Of a stretch of DNA of 64,000 bases, positions 1 to 13,061 are shown piece after piece (position 1 is the first letter of the stretch; the number at the start of each line of letters is the position of its first letter). Made by a program: the position numbers and the translations under genes. This DNA is from Raillietiella orientalis (taxonomy: Eukaryota). The notes below the pieces were generated by a model. The model searched no databases. It was not told where the DNA came from and worked only from the letters and a program-made list of their open reading frames with translations. Location: assembly GCA_036172245.1 (NCBI GenBank), contig JAYWIR010000003.1, positions 1,860,001 to 1,924,000 of the forward strand. The letters run 5' to 3'.

Positions 1-399
1 AGTGCTGAAAGTGGAATCTACGAAAAACGATGCACTTGACTTTGTCGAGACCACCAACGCTGTTCGTGTACGTTGTCCTAAGAAGACCCACCAGATGGTA
101 GCTGAGCAGTTCGGGAACGCCCACAGCGGTGACTTCCGATACCTGTAGGTGGCGTTCGTTTGTTCTGGAAAAAAGGGAGAGAGAGGGGGTGGTTATGCCC
201 AACGAACGAATGCTGAAGTGGATCTTCCCGTCTTGGCGCGTCGAGGAAGACTTACGAGGTCCGCCTGCCAGGACAGCATTGGCTCTGCTGCTGCTGCTGC
301 ATGCACAGCCTCGTGAGAATGATAATCTGATCTCATCCTCAGATCGATCAGGTTATGCTTCCTGTCTCTTGGATGCATCGTAGACAAAGGGTAGATGCA

Positions 400-988
400 C
401 TAGACTGCAGATTGAAAAGTCGCCGAAGAACTGCTCTTCCTAAACGATTCGGACGGGAAAAAAGAGAGAGGGAGAGAGAGAAAAGAGATCCCCGCACCTC
501 GCTGCGCTGAAGAATTGTTTTCGTTCCCAGAAAAAATGCAAGACATCGATCTTTCTTCCCCGAGGGAGTACCGACGCGCACTTATTCTCAGGGTGTGCAG
601 CGAAAAAGTCCAGTCCAAAGCCTTCGGTCCCCCGAGAGATCGAACACAATTCACGCATGAGCTGATTTCGAAATGTGGCAGGGGTATGGTCCACTGGGGG
701 GTCGGATTGGTCGACGTAAATTTCGCGAAGACAAATCAGTCCGGATAGCTCTGCTTCAGCATATCTTCAAGTGCCAGGATCACGGAAGAAACCTTCAGAT
801 GACACAAGCCGCAAAATCGGATGCAGCGTGCTGGAGGAGAACAGGACTAGAATTCCTTCTTGTCTTGCGTTTTGCTCAGTGGAGGAGTAGTCAGCGGAAT
901 GGATGCCCACGGAAGGACATTCGCTGCCGTCCACAAATGAGATAAATTTCGGAGCATGCACTTGCGCCGATTCCTCGAGTACCAATTG
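400..988 (-). CDS. Possible 3' exons of an unidentified spliced gene (988-793, 750-498, 439-400)
   Basis: GT-AG introns 792-751 (42 nt, weak) and 497-440 (58 nt, strong pyrimidine tract) join three open frames in phase, ending ...HFFWERKQFFSAARKSSSSATFQSAV*. No homology recognised. Confidence 0.25.
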
Positions 989-3179
989 CTATCATAAACG
1001 CACTCCTCTGAGACCATTTAAGTTGTAAACACAATAAAAGGAAACGTCCCTCCATATCCTCCCAGGGAGAGTTTAGCACTCTGAGGGCAATGGCGAAGGC
1101 CAAATTCCTTTTCCCAAAGTTCCCGCAGTGCCACGCATAGATGTTCTCTTTTGGAGGAGGTGGGGGAGTTTACGCGGCGATCCCTCTGCACACGGCACGC
1201 GTGTCTGCGCAGACGACCGTGCGTTTCTTACAAACGGGGGGTGTGCGCTTTCAGTTTTAGTATATGTACAGCCGAAACGTGTACGCTTTCAGTGGCAGCG
1301 GTTGCATGCGCTCCCCGCATACGGAGGCATCGCCTCCAACGGAAGATTCGCACTTTGGTGGCACCATCCGATTCCACGGCACTCATGGCCCCGCGTTGCT
1401 GAAAGTCCTGCTTTCCTAGTCCTTGCGGCATTCGGTTTCACTCGAATTTTGGGGTGCGCAGCAACAAATCATCATCCTCGGACAGCGATCCGGAGAACCC
1501 GTCAGTTGGTCCACCAATGCCGTGAGGAGTTAGCTGACTTTCGGTCACTTTCAGGATCTAGTGTTCCTGTTTTCCACGGGAGCAGATGCCACCACCATAC
1601 GTGATTTTTCTCCGATCCCTGTCAGACCCTGCGACACGCGTCGTCGCCATGGATACCGTTAAAGCGCGACTGCTTGTCGGCAGTCTCTCCCCGAAGGCAA
1701 CGGCCAATGGGCAAAAGCTTTCTCCACATTTCCCCTCCTTTTTTCCCGCGAGTGTTCCCGATTCCGGGATGAACAGAATTCTGCGGTGGCCATGTATGAC
1801 AAATCGAGAGTCAAAGAGCAAATGTGGAATCAGAACATAGCAGGAAATCTGTCCACACGCGTCCACGCGCAAAGTGGATGTGTTTCATCTCAGACAGTCG
1901 GTTCACCGTTCGGCCGCCCCATCTCAGTGCGTACTCACAGAGAAGATGAGGCGTCTTCTCGAATCACCGAAATGATTTTTGATCCCATTTCATGGCTCTC
2001 GCAAGAGCTCGCTCACAGCACTATCTCGATATCCTCCCCGTTCCATTGCTTCTGTTATATGGCGAATCTTCCGATGGCCGGCGGCCGTCTGTGACCCCCG
2101 GATGGCACTCTCGAAACAAAGTGACGGCATCTGGTGGAAACTCTTTGCTTTCGTTTAACGTACACCGGAAGACAGTGCGTCCAACCACACTGTCCTTTTG
2201 CGTGCACTACCCAATCCGCGCGTACACTTCGGCGCATTTCCGGCGACCTCCCTCAGTCTCCACCTCGCCCGAATTGGCTCCACAGGAAAAGAGCCTCGTT
2301 CAAGAGGAATGCTCGGCGGGTAAGGAGCCGAGTGCAGATGCAGGTTGCAGCAAGGGATGCTCCAGAGGTGCCAGCAGGGGTGTTTTCGGACAGTGGCAAA
2401 AATTGGATTTCCATCCCACGCTAAATTCGAACACCGCGTGACACAACCCGCAGCGATTTTTCAGTACGGACGGTCACAGCAGACATCGGCGACCAGTCGC
2501 CAGTGACTCACTTTAAAGCCTTTTCTGTAACTCCTGTGGTGCCCTCATTTGTTGGTTCGCAGCCTCCTTCTCTCCTTCCCATCTCCCCACTCTTCCCGAA
2601 GACGTATCCATGGCAAGCTGGTTCGGAACAAATGAGAGCGAAAAAGCAATTGCGACCTGTCCACTTGAATGGAATGGTGGCACCCTGTAGCCAATCAAAG
2701 ACCATCGCAGAAGAAAATTCAATTTCCATTTCTTTTCATTCATGGTGGTAGTTCCTTTGACGTGTTACGCATTCGTCCACTTTGCGCCCAGCCTTAGCAG
2801 CGCAGAGACGATGATGACTCCCGCGTTTCGCGTCGTGCAATCACCGCGCAGCAGCCGCCACAGCGGCAAACCAGTTGCCACGGGGAAGGCCAGTTCGGAG
2901 AGACCAAAGTTTTGAAGTTTCGAAACGGAACTTTCCCAAACGGATCGGGATAAAAAGTTAGGGCGGTAGGGACTTCTCGGAAGCAACTTCTTGCCGCCTG
3001 ACCTACTACCACACGCCCCCCATTTTTTTTTTTTTTGACCATGCAAGGGAACGCTTGCTCCACCTGTGTCTCCGCGCGCGCTCTCTACGAGCGAAGAAGC
3101 AGGGAGGAAGGACGCACCTTCAACGAAACACAATGAGGAAGCGGAAATTCCTTCGACAAGCCCTCCTTTGCCCCAGGGG

Positions 3180-4462
3180 GATTCCAGTGCAATCAGCGCA
3201 GGCACATGGTTTGCGGGGGAGTTGCCTCCCCGAACAGTTCAAAATACGGGAAGATGGCATCGCTCCCGCACCTCCTGTTGGACGGCAGTGCCCTCGAGGA
3301 CTTGTGCGGCAGACCTCGGCCTCGGCGCTCCGACAACCGCAGCACCGGTTTGGATGCTTTGGACCGGTTGCGACGCTTCTTCGCAGAAAGTGGACTGCAG
3401 AAGGGCGCTGTGATTTCACACCCGGGTGCGCGGGGCGTTCATTCTTTTTCTGGAATCGATGGAGCCGATGGCCCACCAATTCCAATTATTACAACTAAGG
3501 GGAGGCCAGCGCGATCCATCACGTCCACGAAGGGGAAGAGGGATAAAACTAACAAAAAAAAGATTGGTTGGGGGGGAGGGAAGGGATCACATTTGGTGGT
3601 GGGTGAGACCTCTGCATCCGTTGAAGGATGCTGGCGAGCTCCTCCTTCTCCCTTTCCAGGTGGGGCCACCTCAAAGCTATCTGCAGGAAGCGGATGGCGT
3701 GCAGGGCAGCCACCCCGTCTCTCCGGCCTCTCTCGGCGTCGCACTTGGCCGCGACGCCATCGCGCACGCAGCACAGCGCTGCGATGGCGTCTGCGGGCGT
3801 CATGGCGTCCCGCACGAACAGGGGTCTCAAGGAGTCTCTGGGATCGCCCACGGAGTAGGAAAGGGACGCGGAGAGACGTTCCCACAAGTCCCGGAGGGCG
3901 ACGCACTGCACTATGAGGTGGGGAAATGTCTCCTCTCCACAGCTGGCACACACTTTGGCGATGCGCTTCCGCTCGTCCAGTGGTGCTGGCGCGCATTGCA
4001 CGGGAGACTCCAGTGCAGTATCAGCAGCGCCGATTGCTGCCACTTGAGGGGAAGAAGCTTCCTGTCTAGAAACACGAGGGACACTTCCGACTCTTCGGAC
4101 CGAATGGAGAAGAGTTCGCCTCGATGTTCCAGTCCACTGGAGACGGTTCTTGCTGTTGTTGCGTAAGCCACGAGTCGCTGTGATGGCAAGGAGATGTTGC
4201 ATCTGCGCCATCGTGGCAGTCGGCCATGTGTTAGAATCAAGGTTCGTGGCGAAGAGAGGTCACCGGAACGGTCCAGACCTCATGAGGGCAGCAGCAAGGT
4301 GGCTTCATCTGCCAGAAGAAGCCTCCAGGGAGATCGCCGCCATCCACAACCGCTTCTAGAAATTGAGGAACATCAAATGCCAAAGACCCCTGCCCCTCCC
4401 TTCTGCCTTTTCTTATTTATTTATTGTCCTCTCCCTCTGTTCCCTACTTTTCGGAAGCTGAC
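3180..4462 (+). repeat. 1283-bp direct duplication, copy 1 (copy 2 at 14323-15605)
   Basis: Colinear at a constant offset of 11143 bp, with only about ten substitutions seen by eye. Confidence 0.95.
3415..4175 (-). mobile_element. 761-bp 3' fragment of the L1/Tx1-like element inserted with a 9-bp TSD
   Basis: LPLKWQQSALLILHWSLPCNARQHHW / VCASCGEETFPHLIVQCVAL..W (CxxC-H-C zinc finger), then 3'UTR and terminal motif. Flanked by CGCTGTGAT at 3406-3414 and 4176-4184. Confidence 0.9.
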
Positions 4463-7400
4463 CCGAGTGCCGGCGGTTATCCCGGATGAACTTTTTTCTG
4501 GCTTTCCTTGTTTTTTGAGGGGATACCCTTCTTCCCCTCTTCCTTGTAGTTTATTTTGCTTTATTTTTCGAAACAGGCGTCCCGGCGTAACGGGTTCAAA
4601 CCTTTGCCCCAGGTTTTGGAATGCGGAGGCATGAGGTTGGCTTCGAACTTTAGCAAAAATAAAAAAAAATAAAAAAAAAGCATAAAATGAGGCCACCAGG
4701 AACTATTTAGTGGTTTCGACAAAGTCATGAGGTCAGCCCCGTAAGCAAGGCATGAGCATCGTTTCTCGTGCATTCCTCATTCAGTACTTGGGGGATGGCG
4801 AGTATGGTCGACGGGGATCCACCGCTTGCTCTTCGTAACCTTTCGGTTTGCATCGTGTGGGAATAAATAAAACAATAACAATAAATAAATAAATTGAAAA
4901 CGAGTCCTGCATCAAATGGGACACGAGTTCGGAACAGGTTTTCCAAGGATCGGAATTCCTCCTTTATTGGTGAAATTCTTGATGCTCTCGGCAGAGCTTC
5001 TTGATGCTCCGTTCGTTTTCGCGCTGCGAAATAGCAGCGGCAGTTCTTCGGACGCTGTGATCGCGCCACATCAAAGACGCTTCCGCGTAACGCCGGTCCA
5101 GCGTCCCGCTGCCGTTCTCGTCACCGGAAGACGTTCTTCGCTTCCCATTCTTCTGCACCTCGTCGATGCACAGAGTCCTCAGTGGCACTTCCTCCCGCCC
5201 TCTCCCCCGCCAGGATGCACTCCCCCGTACCAAGCCGCATGGGCCCGCGTTATTTTTAGTCCGAGAACTGATGTTTCCGATGGAGACGTCTTGGTGTCGT
5301 TTTACCAAATCGCTTCGCATCCTTCAGCTAAGACCCTTGAAACGTTCGAAGAGGGAAAGAGAGGGAAGCGCGGTGCTTTTTTCGCGGGTTATCGCGAACG
5401 TGGGTTCCCTCCTCCGTCTCCGGAAACGCGCGGATGCTCGCTGGATCTCGTCGAAATCAAATATTTGGACTGCGCCGTCCGAGAGCGTGTTAGTTAGTGG
5501 GCGAAAATGTAGAGGGCGTCCGCGGTAGAGGAGCGATTAATGAGCTCATCGTCGCAGCCAAACAGCTCTTCCTCACCGTTAGCTGTTTACTTTAGGATGG
5601 GAAGCAAACAAACATTCCTTCAGTGAACCGGCGGTGAACAGCCCGTACCGGTTTCATGAAATAGCTGTACGTTCATCCTCCCACCTGGCAAGTAGGGAGA
5701 CGACCGCAGGCGGGCACACCCTGGCGAAAAACACACATGCCTCCCGTAAGGCGTTCGATTATTTGTGGATCTGCGGTCGCACACCTCCTGAACTTTGAGA
5801 GCTCAGGAATTCCGAGTTCGTGAGGCGTCTGCGAGTGGCCGGCGCGCGACGGAAGTCTTGAGCTACGTCACCCCCCCCTGAGCGTTAGTCACACGTTTCC
5901 TGGAAACGTGCGAAACGTTCCGCGTTCGTGAAAAGTTGAGACGAAGCCCACGGAGGGGAACACCGCATCAGTACGTTCCCCGACAACAAGCAATCTTTGG
6001 TCTTCTCCCCCTCTAGGATGACCATTTCATTTGCGGAAGGAGAAGCGGGGAAAGGGTTCGCACCTGGGATTTGGCATCATCTCCGGTGACTTTCGCCGCG
6101 TCTCGCTTCATGCCAGTGTCGCCTCTTGGCTCCGCGCAACACGGCGAAGACGTGAGGGTTTTTGCGGGAAAGCAGGGAGCATGACTCGGGAGCATGACTT
6201 CGCGGCGGAGCCGTTCTCCAAGTCACCCCGTCGCCCCTTTCCCCAACCACTTGGAAGATCGTCTTCTCGAGATAAGAACGCACGCCGCATGGGAAACACC
6301 GCTGCTCCTGCTACTGCGGAAGATGGGTCCCCGCGGCAACGGTGCATTTCGGAAAGACAGCATGGCATTCTCATTAAGGGATTTCGAAGTCATTCTCGAT
6401 AGACTCTCGGCTTAAAGGGACCCTCTCTACCGAAGTGCCACTGCTCGTCACACATCTTTGTCTTTCGTGTGCTGACAAATCCTGGAATTCATTTCGACCC
6501 TAAGGGAGGAAGTGGGGAGAAGGGAGGGAAGGGAAGAGGAGGGGGGTGCAAGTTCCCATTCGAATGACTGCTTGGTAGGTGCCGACATGGAGTTGGGCGC
6601 AGCCTCTCCACCCACGGGCGTAAAAGTCAAGGAAACGGTCACAGCGGGGAATCGACTTGGAGGCCATCCAGTTTACCACCGAATGAACCCGGCGGTGCAG
6701 CATCCGAAAGGATCTTGGGAATCTGCCCGCGAGAGGTCACCAAAATGCGCAGCCGGACTTCTCAAAACAAGTGGGAACGAACAGACGAGATCGTTTTTCC
6801 GAAGGATGCTACTTGAACTTCCGCAGCGGCAGCACGTTCAAAGCATCCAGGAGGAGGAGGCGGACGCGCCCGGCGTGTTGATCGGTGCTTCTTTGCCGCG
6901 TCCCCATTCAGGGTGCGGCGAGTTCCCGTCGGTGCAACCGGGATCCCATCCTCGAGTTGCTTGCCGTTCAGCCTGAGGGATGGAAGGAGTGGCCGCGTGG
7001 GCTCGGACTCTGTCGCCTGGGGTCGGAACGCTGGCGAGGCGGAGAAGAGCAGCAGCAGCGGTGCGGGTTTCGAGAAAGCTCGTCGGAGGAGTCGTCTTGG
7101 AAGGCGAGGCTTCGGCGCTCGAAGCAGCGCCAACCAACCCGAGTGCCTGCTTTGCGCCACCGCCACTCCCCGCACAGAGACTGCAAGTTTTTTTTTTTTT
7201 TTTTTACTATTCTAGGTTTTTCCTTTTTTCCCCAGTCGACATCTTTTCAAGGGAACAAAAGCGACCCTGTTCTCGGAGATTCGCAGAGGTCATCTTCACG
7301 CGATTGCCGGTTTCGTTTTTCTCTTTGCATCGCAACTCGTGCTCTCAGCCCCTCGGGGACTTCCAGGAAAGGTGCTTGCGGTCCTTCTCATTGCATTCGG

Positions 7401-8949
7401 GTTGGTTCCCAAGGGATGGATCCCGTTTCCTCCCTTGAGGAACGAGGATCCTTCTGGCAATCTTTTTTGTTTTTCCTTTTTCGAGAGTTTTTTTTTTTTT
7501 TATTGCTGACGTCATTCTTCCACGTTAATTCCCCTCATCGCGAGCTCATGGACTTGCGCCCTCAGTCAGCTTTAGCTCTTGAAGTGCGATCCGGATGTCT
7601 CCCGAGGAGACCCCCACACTGTTGACCCTGCACGAGGACGTGCGTTTCTATAAAGGCTTGCGTTCTTCTCACTCGTCGCTCCTTGCAAACGCGTGACCGG
7701 GCAGAGAGACAGCCTCTCCGGCTGTTAGTCTTCACCATTCCCTGTTTCGTGTTCTCGAAGAGTTGAGCAGGAAGCCGCTCAAGTCCTCACATAAATTACT
7801 ATTTTTCTAGTCTTTTTTTTTTTTCTTTTCTTTTGCCCTCCCTAGTTTCCGAAAGCGGCGGGCTAATCACACGGCGTCCTCCCTCTAGTAGTTGGCGCGG
7901 GTAGGGTTTGGTGGGGGCTTGGAATGCTAACAAGGTTGCGGCTTTCTTGTTTGCAAATGAATGCTCCTGTGCCACCGGGTGCGTACCGGCAGCTCCTTGT
8001 GTCTCGCCGGACGCTCGCGGTGGACCGCGCTGCCGGTCAGCAGCGCAGTCTGCGCGGACGCGCGGCAAGGCAGCGCTGATGTGTGCGGGCGCCATCTCTT
8101 GACACTTTCACTTAAAAGAAAAAAGAAAAAAAAAAAAGAAAGCGAGCGTTCCGGGAAAGAAGTTGGCAGTCTTCAGAGCTTCCAGGACGAACCAAAGAGC
8201 AGGGGGAGAGCGTTGACACGCTCTCTCTCCCCATCCTCGTTCGTCTCGCGGCAGTCTTGCTGCGAAATCGCCAGCTCTCGTCCATCGGGAGACCTGCTGC
8301 AGAGAATAGATGCTGAAGGGATTGCCGGACAGACCTGCTGAAAAGATTGCCAGCAATGTTTGCAAAATGACACCCGGAGCAACCGCTCTCTGTGTGGTTG
8401 TCACTGCTGGACCCACACCTCTTGTAATGCCTCGCACGAAACCGAGGAATCCGCCGTTTGCTATGGAGCAACAACGCTCGTCTTCGGAGTTTTCCTCCTA
8501 CTGAAGGCGACCGGAGAGCAAAGTGGGAGGAGGGGGAGCAAATGCTGCCTTCGCCTTCCATCGGAAGTGGCTCCCAAGCCATGGGGCTTCTACGGGAAAC
8601 TGTTTTCTGTTTCTTTTTTTTTTTTTTTTTAAATAGCTTTGGAGGGGATGTGGATGGGGTGGGGTGGGCGGACGCTGTTCTCATCATCTTGACGGGAGAT
8701 TTCTCTCCGGGGAAACGCCTGTTCTTTCTTGCCTCCGCTGCCAAGGACTCTCCGACTGCATCTCCGAAATCGCGGTCGGAGAATGCGCGTCACCACGGAG
8801 ACGGAGAACGCCCGTCTCCGATGGCGAGCGAGTTGCCTGGAATTCCTCCCATGGCGCCCCGCGTGGTCTCTTCTCTTCTCGTGCTTCCGCGGACTCCTTC
8901 CGCCACCTTCTACCTGCCTTTTTCACGGCACAGGGTCGAACAGGGACAG

Positions 8950-9745
8950 ACAACGCGCCCTGCTGCGTTGCGGGCAAAGTGTACAGCCGGGGAAGGCATA
9001 ACTTGTACGACTTATGTACGAGTCTTCCGGTCCAGCGTGGGATCCGAGCGAACGGTGATGGAGTTCCAAGCCGGACGACTGCAGGAAGTGCCGGAACGGA
9101 AAAACCTTTGCCGTCCGCGCGCTTCCCGGATCCTACTAAAAGACTTGGTGGCGCCGCGCCAGGATGCTGGCTTCGTCATCCTGACCATTGATCCAGGACT
9201 GCATGTTCAATTCCGACTTCTGTCCCTGTGTGGGAAATTCTGGTCTTCCCATTGGTGTGCTCCGGCACGTCACATCTTCCAGCGGTGAGTTGACAGCTCA
9301 GGACTTCTTTCGCTGCTGCTGTGCAACCTACTCCAGAGGACCGGATTCGTTTACTCCCTGAGGCATCTGTCCTCGTTACTGCTAGCCCATCCGTGGATCT
9401 CCTGCCCACTCCATAAACCGGAATGCCTGGCGGCAGGAGGCTCTGGAGTCCTGGGCTGCCACTTTGGAAGTGCGCCTAGAGGGACTGCGACCGCTGCAGG
9501 GTCTCCTATGCAAACTGCTGGGAGATCTGCAGGACTGGACGCAATGGTGCCGGTTAGCTGTCCTACCCCTTGCTGCAGAGCTGTTTGCCCTCAGGACAAA
9601 CAATGACAGCAGCCAACCGCCGGGGTGGCAGTTCTCCTGCAACTCGAGTCGAAGAACTCCTGGACGGCTGCAAGACGAGAGAGTTGGTGAACGCCACTCC
9701 TCGTTTCCAGGCAGAAAGACTCCTTGGGTGGAGTGACCTGCTTGC
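8950..9745 (+). mobile_element. Degenerate LINE ORF2 post-RT fragment
   Basis: SRILLKDLVAPRQDAGFVIL...HVQFRLLSL..FWSSHWC and QAERLLGWSDLLA parallel SRVHLKDLCAPRRDGGLGL...QFQTLYL..LWSTTCC and LLRWSELLG of other copies. Cut off by the element at 9746. Confidence 0.7.
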
Positions 9746-11150
9746 TTTATCACCCGGTCATTCAGGGACGTTTATTATCAAACTAATAAACATACATGTG
9801 TAGGACCATCGGTCCTACATCGTCCGAAAGTATTCGGAACCTGCAGAGTAACCGGCACGCAGGCCGGCGAGCTTCGCCTCAGCAGCGGAGGGGCAAACAA
9901 AAATAAATAAAAAATCAATAGTAAAAAAAGTCTTGGGTAACGGGAAAGAATCATTGTCCGCTGAAGGACGTCCTTTGCATCCTTTCCAGGATGCTGGCAA
10001 GTTCCATCTGAATATGCCCCAGGTACGGGAGATCTTGCTGCCATCCGCAGGAAGCGCAGGGGGGAGCAGATGGCGTCCCTGTCGCGCTGTCCTCCTCCTC
10101 TCGCGTAGCTCCAGGCCGCCACACTCCCGAGTAGGCAGCAGCAAAGAACTGCTGAGGATGCACCAGGCGAAAGGGCATCCCGCACGAAGAGGTGCTTCAT
10201 CACGTTCCTGGGATTGTCCGTCGGTGCACCAAGGGTCGTTGCGTAACGAAACCACAGGGGCCGGAGGGCAACACATTCCACAAGCAGGTGCGGGAGCTGG
10301 GATTCCTGTTCCCGCACCTGCAGCAGTTTGGGTACACAGCTCTCCGGCTCCAGTGAGAGCGGCGGACATTGCACGGGATACCCCAATGCAACAGCAGAAG
10401 TGCCGACCCCTGCCACTTCAGAGGGGAGGGCCCGGCTGTTCAGCGTTAGGGGCCACTCGAGATCTTCCTGTAGAATTCCCAGCAGCTCTCCCCAGTGCAG
10501 TAGTCTCTTCAGGGGGTACTTGGGGTTGCAGCGTCCGTGAGCTGGCCCGTGGTCCAACCACCTAATTCCTTCGTCCGAAGACCTATTTCGCAACTGACCT
10601 CCCATTTGGCCGGCTGGTTACTGCCCAGGTCCTCCCTGAGGGAGGGCAGTGCCACGGCTAGGGAGGTTGTTTGTTCCCACGCACACGTGGTGGGCTGCAC
10701 GATGACGTCCTGCAGCGAGTGATTCTTGCAGAAGGAGTGCAGCAGTCGCTGCCGCATCTCCGTGCTCGCTTTGTTGTTCCTGAGAGAATGGTTTCCTGAG
10801 AATGGTTTCCTGCAACCAGATACTACCGTTCGCGGACCTGCAGAAGATCCAGTTGTTGGTCCTGGTCAGCTTGGCTACTCGCCGGAGCTCCAGCCCCCAT
10901 CTGGCCACGTTGCGTTTGTGCCGCCGCACCAGGAACGAAGACAGTCCTGCGTAGCCGGTGGCTCGCTTGACCAGGTATCGTGCGCGCTCGCAGCAGTTTG
11001 TGCCCCCAAACGTCGCCATTAGGGCAAGTGTCCTCCACTGGAGCTGCCGCTGCAGGCGCTCTAGTAGAGCAGTTTTTCCAACAGCGCCCCTTGCTCACTG
11101 CGGACCATTCTGGAGTGCTCCGCCAGGAGCACGTGAGCAGAGATGACCCC
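9746..11150 (-). mobile_element. 5'-truncated LINE 3' fragment (~1.4 kb)
   Basis: LERLQRQLQWRTLAL..GTNCC, KWEVSCEIG, LLHWGELLGILQEDLEWPL, ESQLPHLLVECVALRPLW, LFVRDAL, FLRMAAR. Terminal motif AATAAACGTCCCTGAATGACCGGGTG at ~9750-9776. Confidence 0.88.
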
Positions 11151-11154
11151 TTTC

Positions 11155-12068
11155 GCTATGGCGCTGCCCTTTCTATGGAGGGTCCTCGTCAGCGGCCGGA
11201 CTCCGAAGTAGCAAGTCTCCTGTCGGATCGCGGGCAGAGATAACAAGATGAGCGGTTGGACCATGAGAGAGCTGGCGGATGCCACGACCCAGAGCGTCCT
11301 TCCGCGTGAACTTTTGCGATGGAGCGAGCTGCTCGGCATCCCAACGGATGACCTGAAGTGGCCCCTGGTATTGAATGGTTCCAGGATCCTCCCCCTCAAG
11401 TGGCAAGAGTCGGCGCTTCTGGTGTTGCACTAGGGTCTCCCCTGCAGTGCGCGTCGCCACCACTGGACGTTGAAGAGGGTGAACCCCACTCAACTGTGCC
11501 AGGTGTGGGGAAAGGGAATCCTTCCCCCACCTGGTAGTGGACTACGTTGCCCTCCAGCTCCTTTGGATACGTTTTTTGACAACCTCACGGATCCCGGTTG
11601 GCAGCCCTCCCAGGGACGTTCTACGGCTTCTCTTTGTGCGGGACGCCCTGCAATCAGTCTCAACCCTGGAAGCACTTTGCTGCATCCGAGGGATTGTGGC
11701 TGCGTGGAGCGAAGTCAGCAGAGGAAGAAGCGAAAGGGATGCCATCGAATTTGCAGTTAGCTTCCTGCAGATTGCGACCAGATGGCCCCACATGGGAAGC
11801 ATACGGATGGGCTTCGACGGCATCCTGCAAAGGATGGACTCTCCCGCAAGCGGACAGTGATCCCTTCCCGACCCTCCAAAGTGTTTCTTTTTCTTAATTT
11901 TTGTTTTATTTTTCTTTTCTTTTTTTCCCCCATCCCCTTCCTCCCATCGAGTCGGTCTGCGTACCGACGACCCGGCAGGCCCGTTGTTATGCTGGCCGTA
12001 GCGGGACCTTGTGCCGCAAAGGTTGTCAAGTGTTTTTTAATAAATGCCCAGGCTTGGCCGGGTGAAAA
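11155..12068 (+). mobile_element. 5'-truncated LINE 3' fragment
   Basis: LLRWSELLGIPTDDLKWPLVLNGSRILPLKWQESALLVLH*GLPC..HHW, PHLVVDYVALQLLW, LFVRDAL..ALCCIRGIVAAW..FLQIATRWPH. Ends AATAAATGCCCAGGCTTGGCCGGGTGAAAA (12039-12068). Confidence 0.9.
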
Positions 12069-12089
12069 CGCCTGCGAGGGAGGGGGAGG

Positions 12090-12772
12090 GGTCTCCTGTC
12101 ACGCGGAAGAATTTCCATTTCTATCCGGGAGTGGTCTGAGGGCTTGGACTGCACCTTTCCTCGCCTCCCCACGCGGCAGCGCAGGTGCTCGTCGAGGAAG
12201 ACGTGGTCCACGCTTCCCTCCATCACGGGCTCCTCGGCTAACAAGTTGGACGCGTGCATTGCAGCACATCTCGCTAGCCGAGGTGACCTCTTTCTTTGCC
12301 TGTTTCTTTGTTGCTGACAGCAGACGGATGTTGAAATCACCGACTATCAGGTGTGCCTTGCGCACGCTGCCTCCGCCAGTCAGTCGGGCTTCAGGGCACG
12401 GAAGAATGCTCTCCGTGCTGTGCACGCGCAGCCACCGCTCGATGTGTACACGTCCGTAACAACGAGGTCGATCGAGTCGGTCCACCTGAAGATGATTTGA
12501 CCGATCCGACGTGCCTCGTTGAAACATACGCTTTGCGCCTCGCGTTGCAGGGCAGGCGTGAGCAGGAGGGCGATCCCGCACGACCGGTGGAAGCCGCAAC
12601 GCCACATGAGCGGACCGCCTGCTATCCTTTCGATCTCCCGCGTGTGTTCTGCCGAGATCTGGTGGATCTCCTGCAGGAGCACGAGGTTGAAGGGTTGCAG
12701 GGCGGCAGCTTTGTCTCGTCTCCTGCCGTCGTCGCGTAGCCCGTTAACGTTCCAGCTAGCAACGCGTAGTCG
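12090..12772 (-). mobile_element. APE-type endonuclease domain (ORF2 N-terminus) of the non-LTR element, degenerate
   Basis: LRVASWNVNGLRDDGRRRDKAAALQPFNLVLLQEIH...SCGIALLL...DVYT...LIVGDFN (GDFN at ~12330-12341), the canonical EEP/APE motifs. Frameshifted. Confidence 0.88.
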
Positions 12773-13061
12773 ACGGCAGGTGGTCGAGTCCCGGAATTAC
12801 TTCTGGGAAAGTGATGCTGCGGTTCCCGCCTCCGGTTCGAGCGGGGTGTTGCTTGGGGACCCTGCGGGCTGGAGGCACCTCGGCGACCTCCTCCGCCTTC
12901 AAAGGCTCCACCGTGTCCGAGCGTGGGAGAGTATCAGGAGACGAGTCCTGAGCTCACATGTTCGCCTCACCCTCGTTTCCCGGGGATTCCCCGTCCTCGG
13001 AAGAGTCGATCTTCCTGGGATTCTTGAACTTCCGTCCAGACTTCCGCGGGGGTGCAGACGC

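Larger units (their letters stand above)
3180..4600 (+). mobile_element. Older + strand LINE 3' remnant (host of the 3415-4175 insertion)
   Basis: Removing the insert restores ...LPHLLLDGSALEDL...LRRFFAESGLQKGAVMARRCCICAIVAV...LMRAAARWLHLPEEASREIAAIHNRF*, homologous to the family C-terminus. Terminal motif CCCGGCGTAACGGGTTCAAA at ~4581-4600. Confidence 0.75.
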
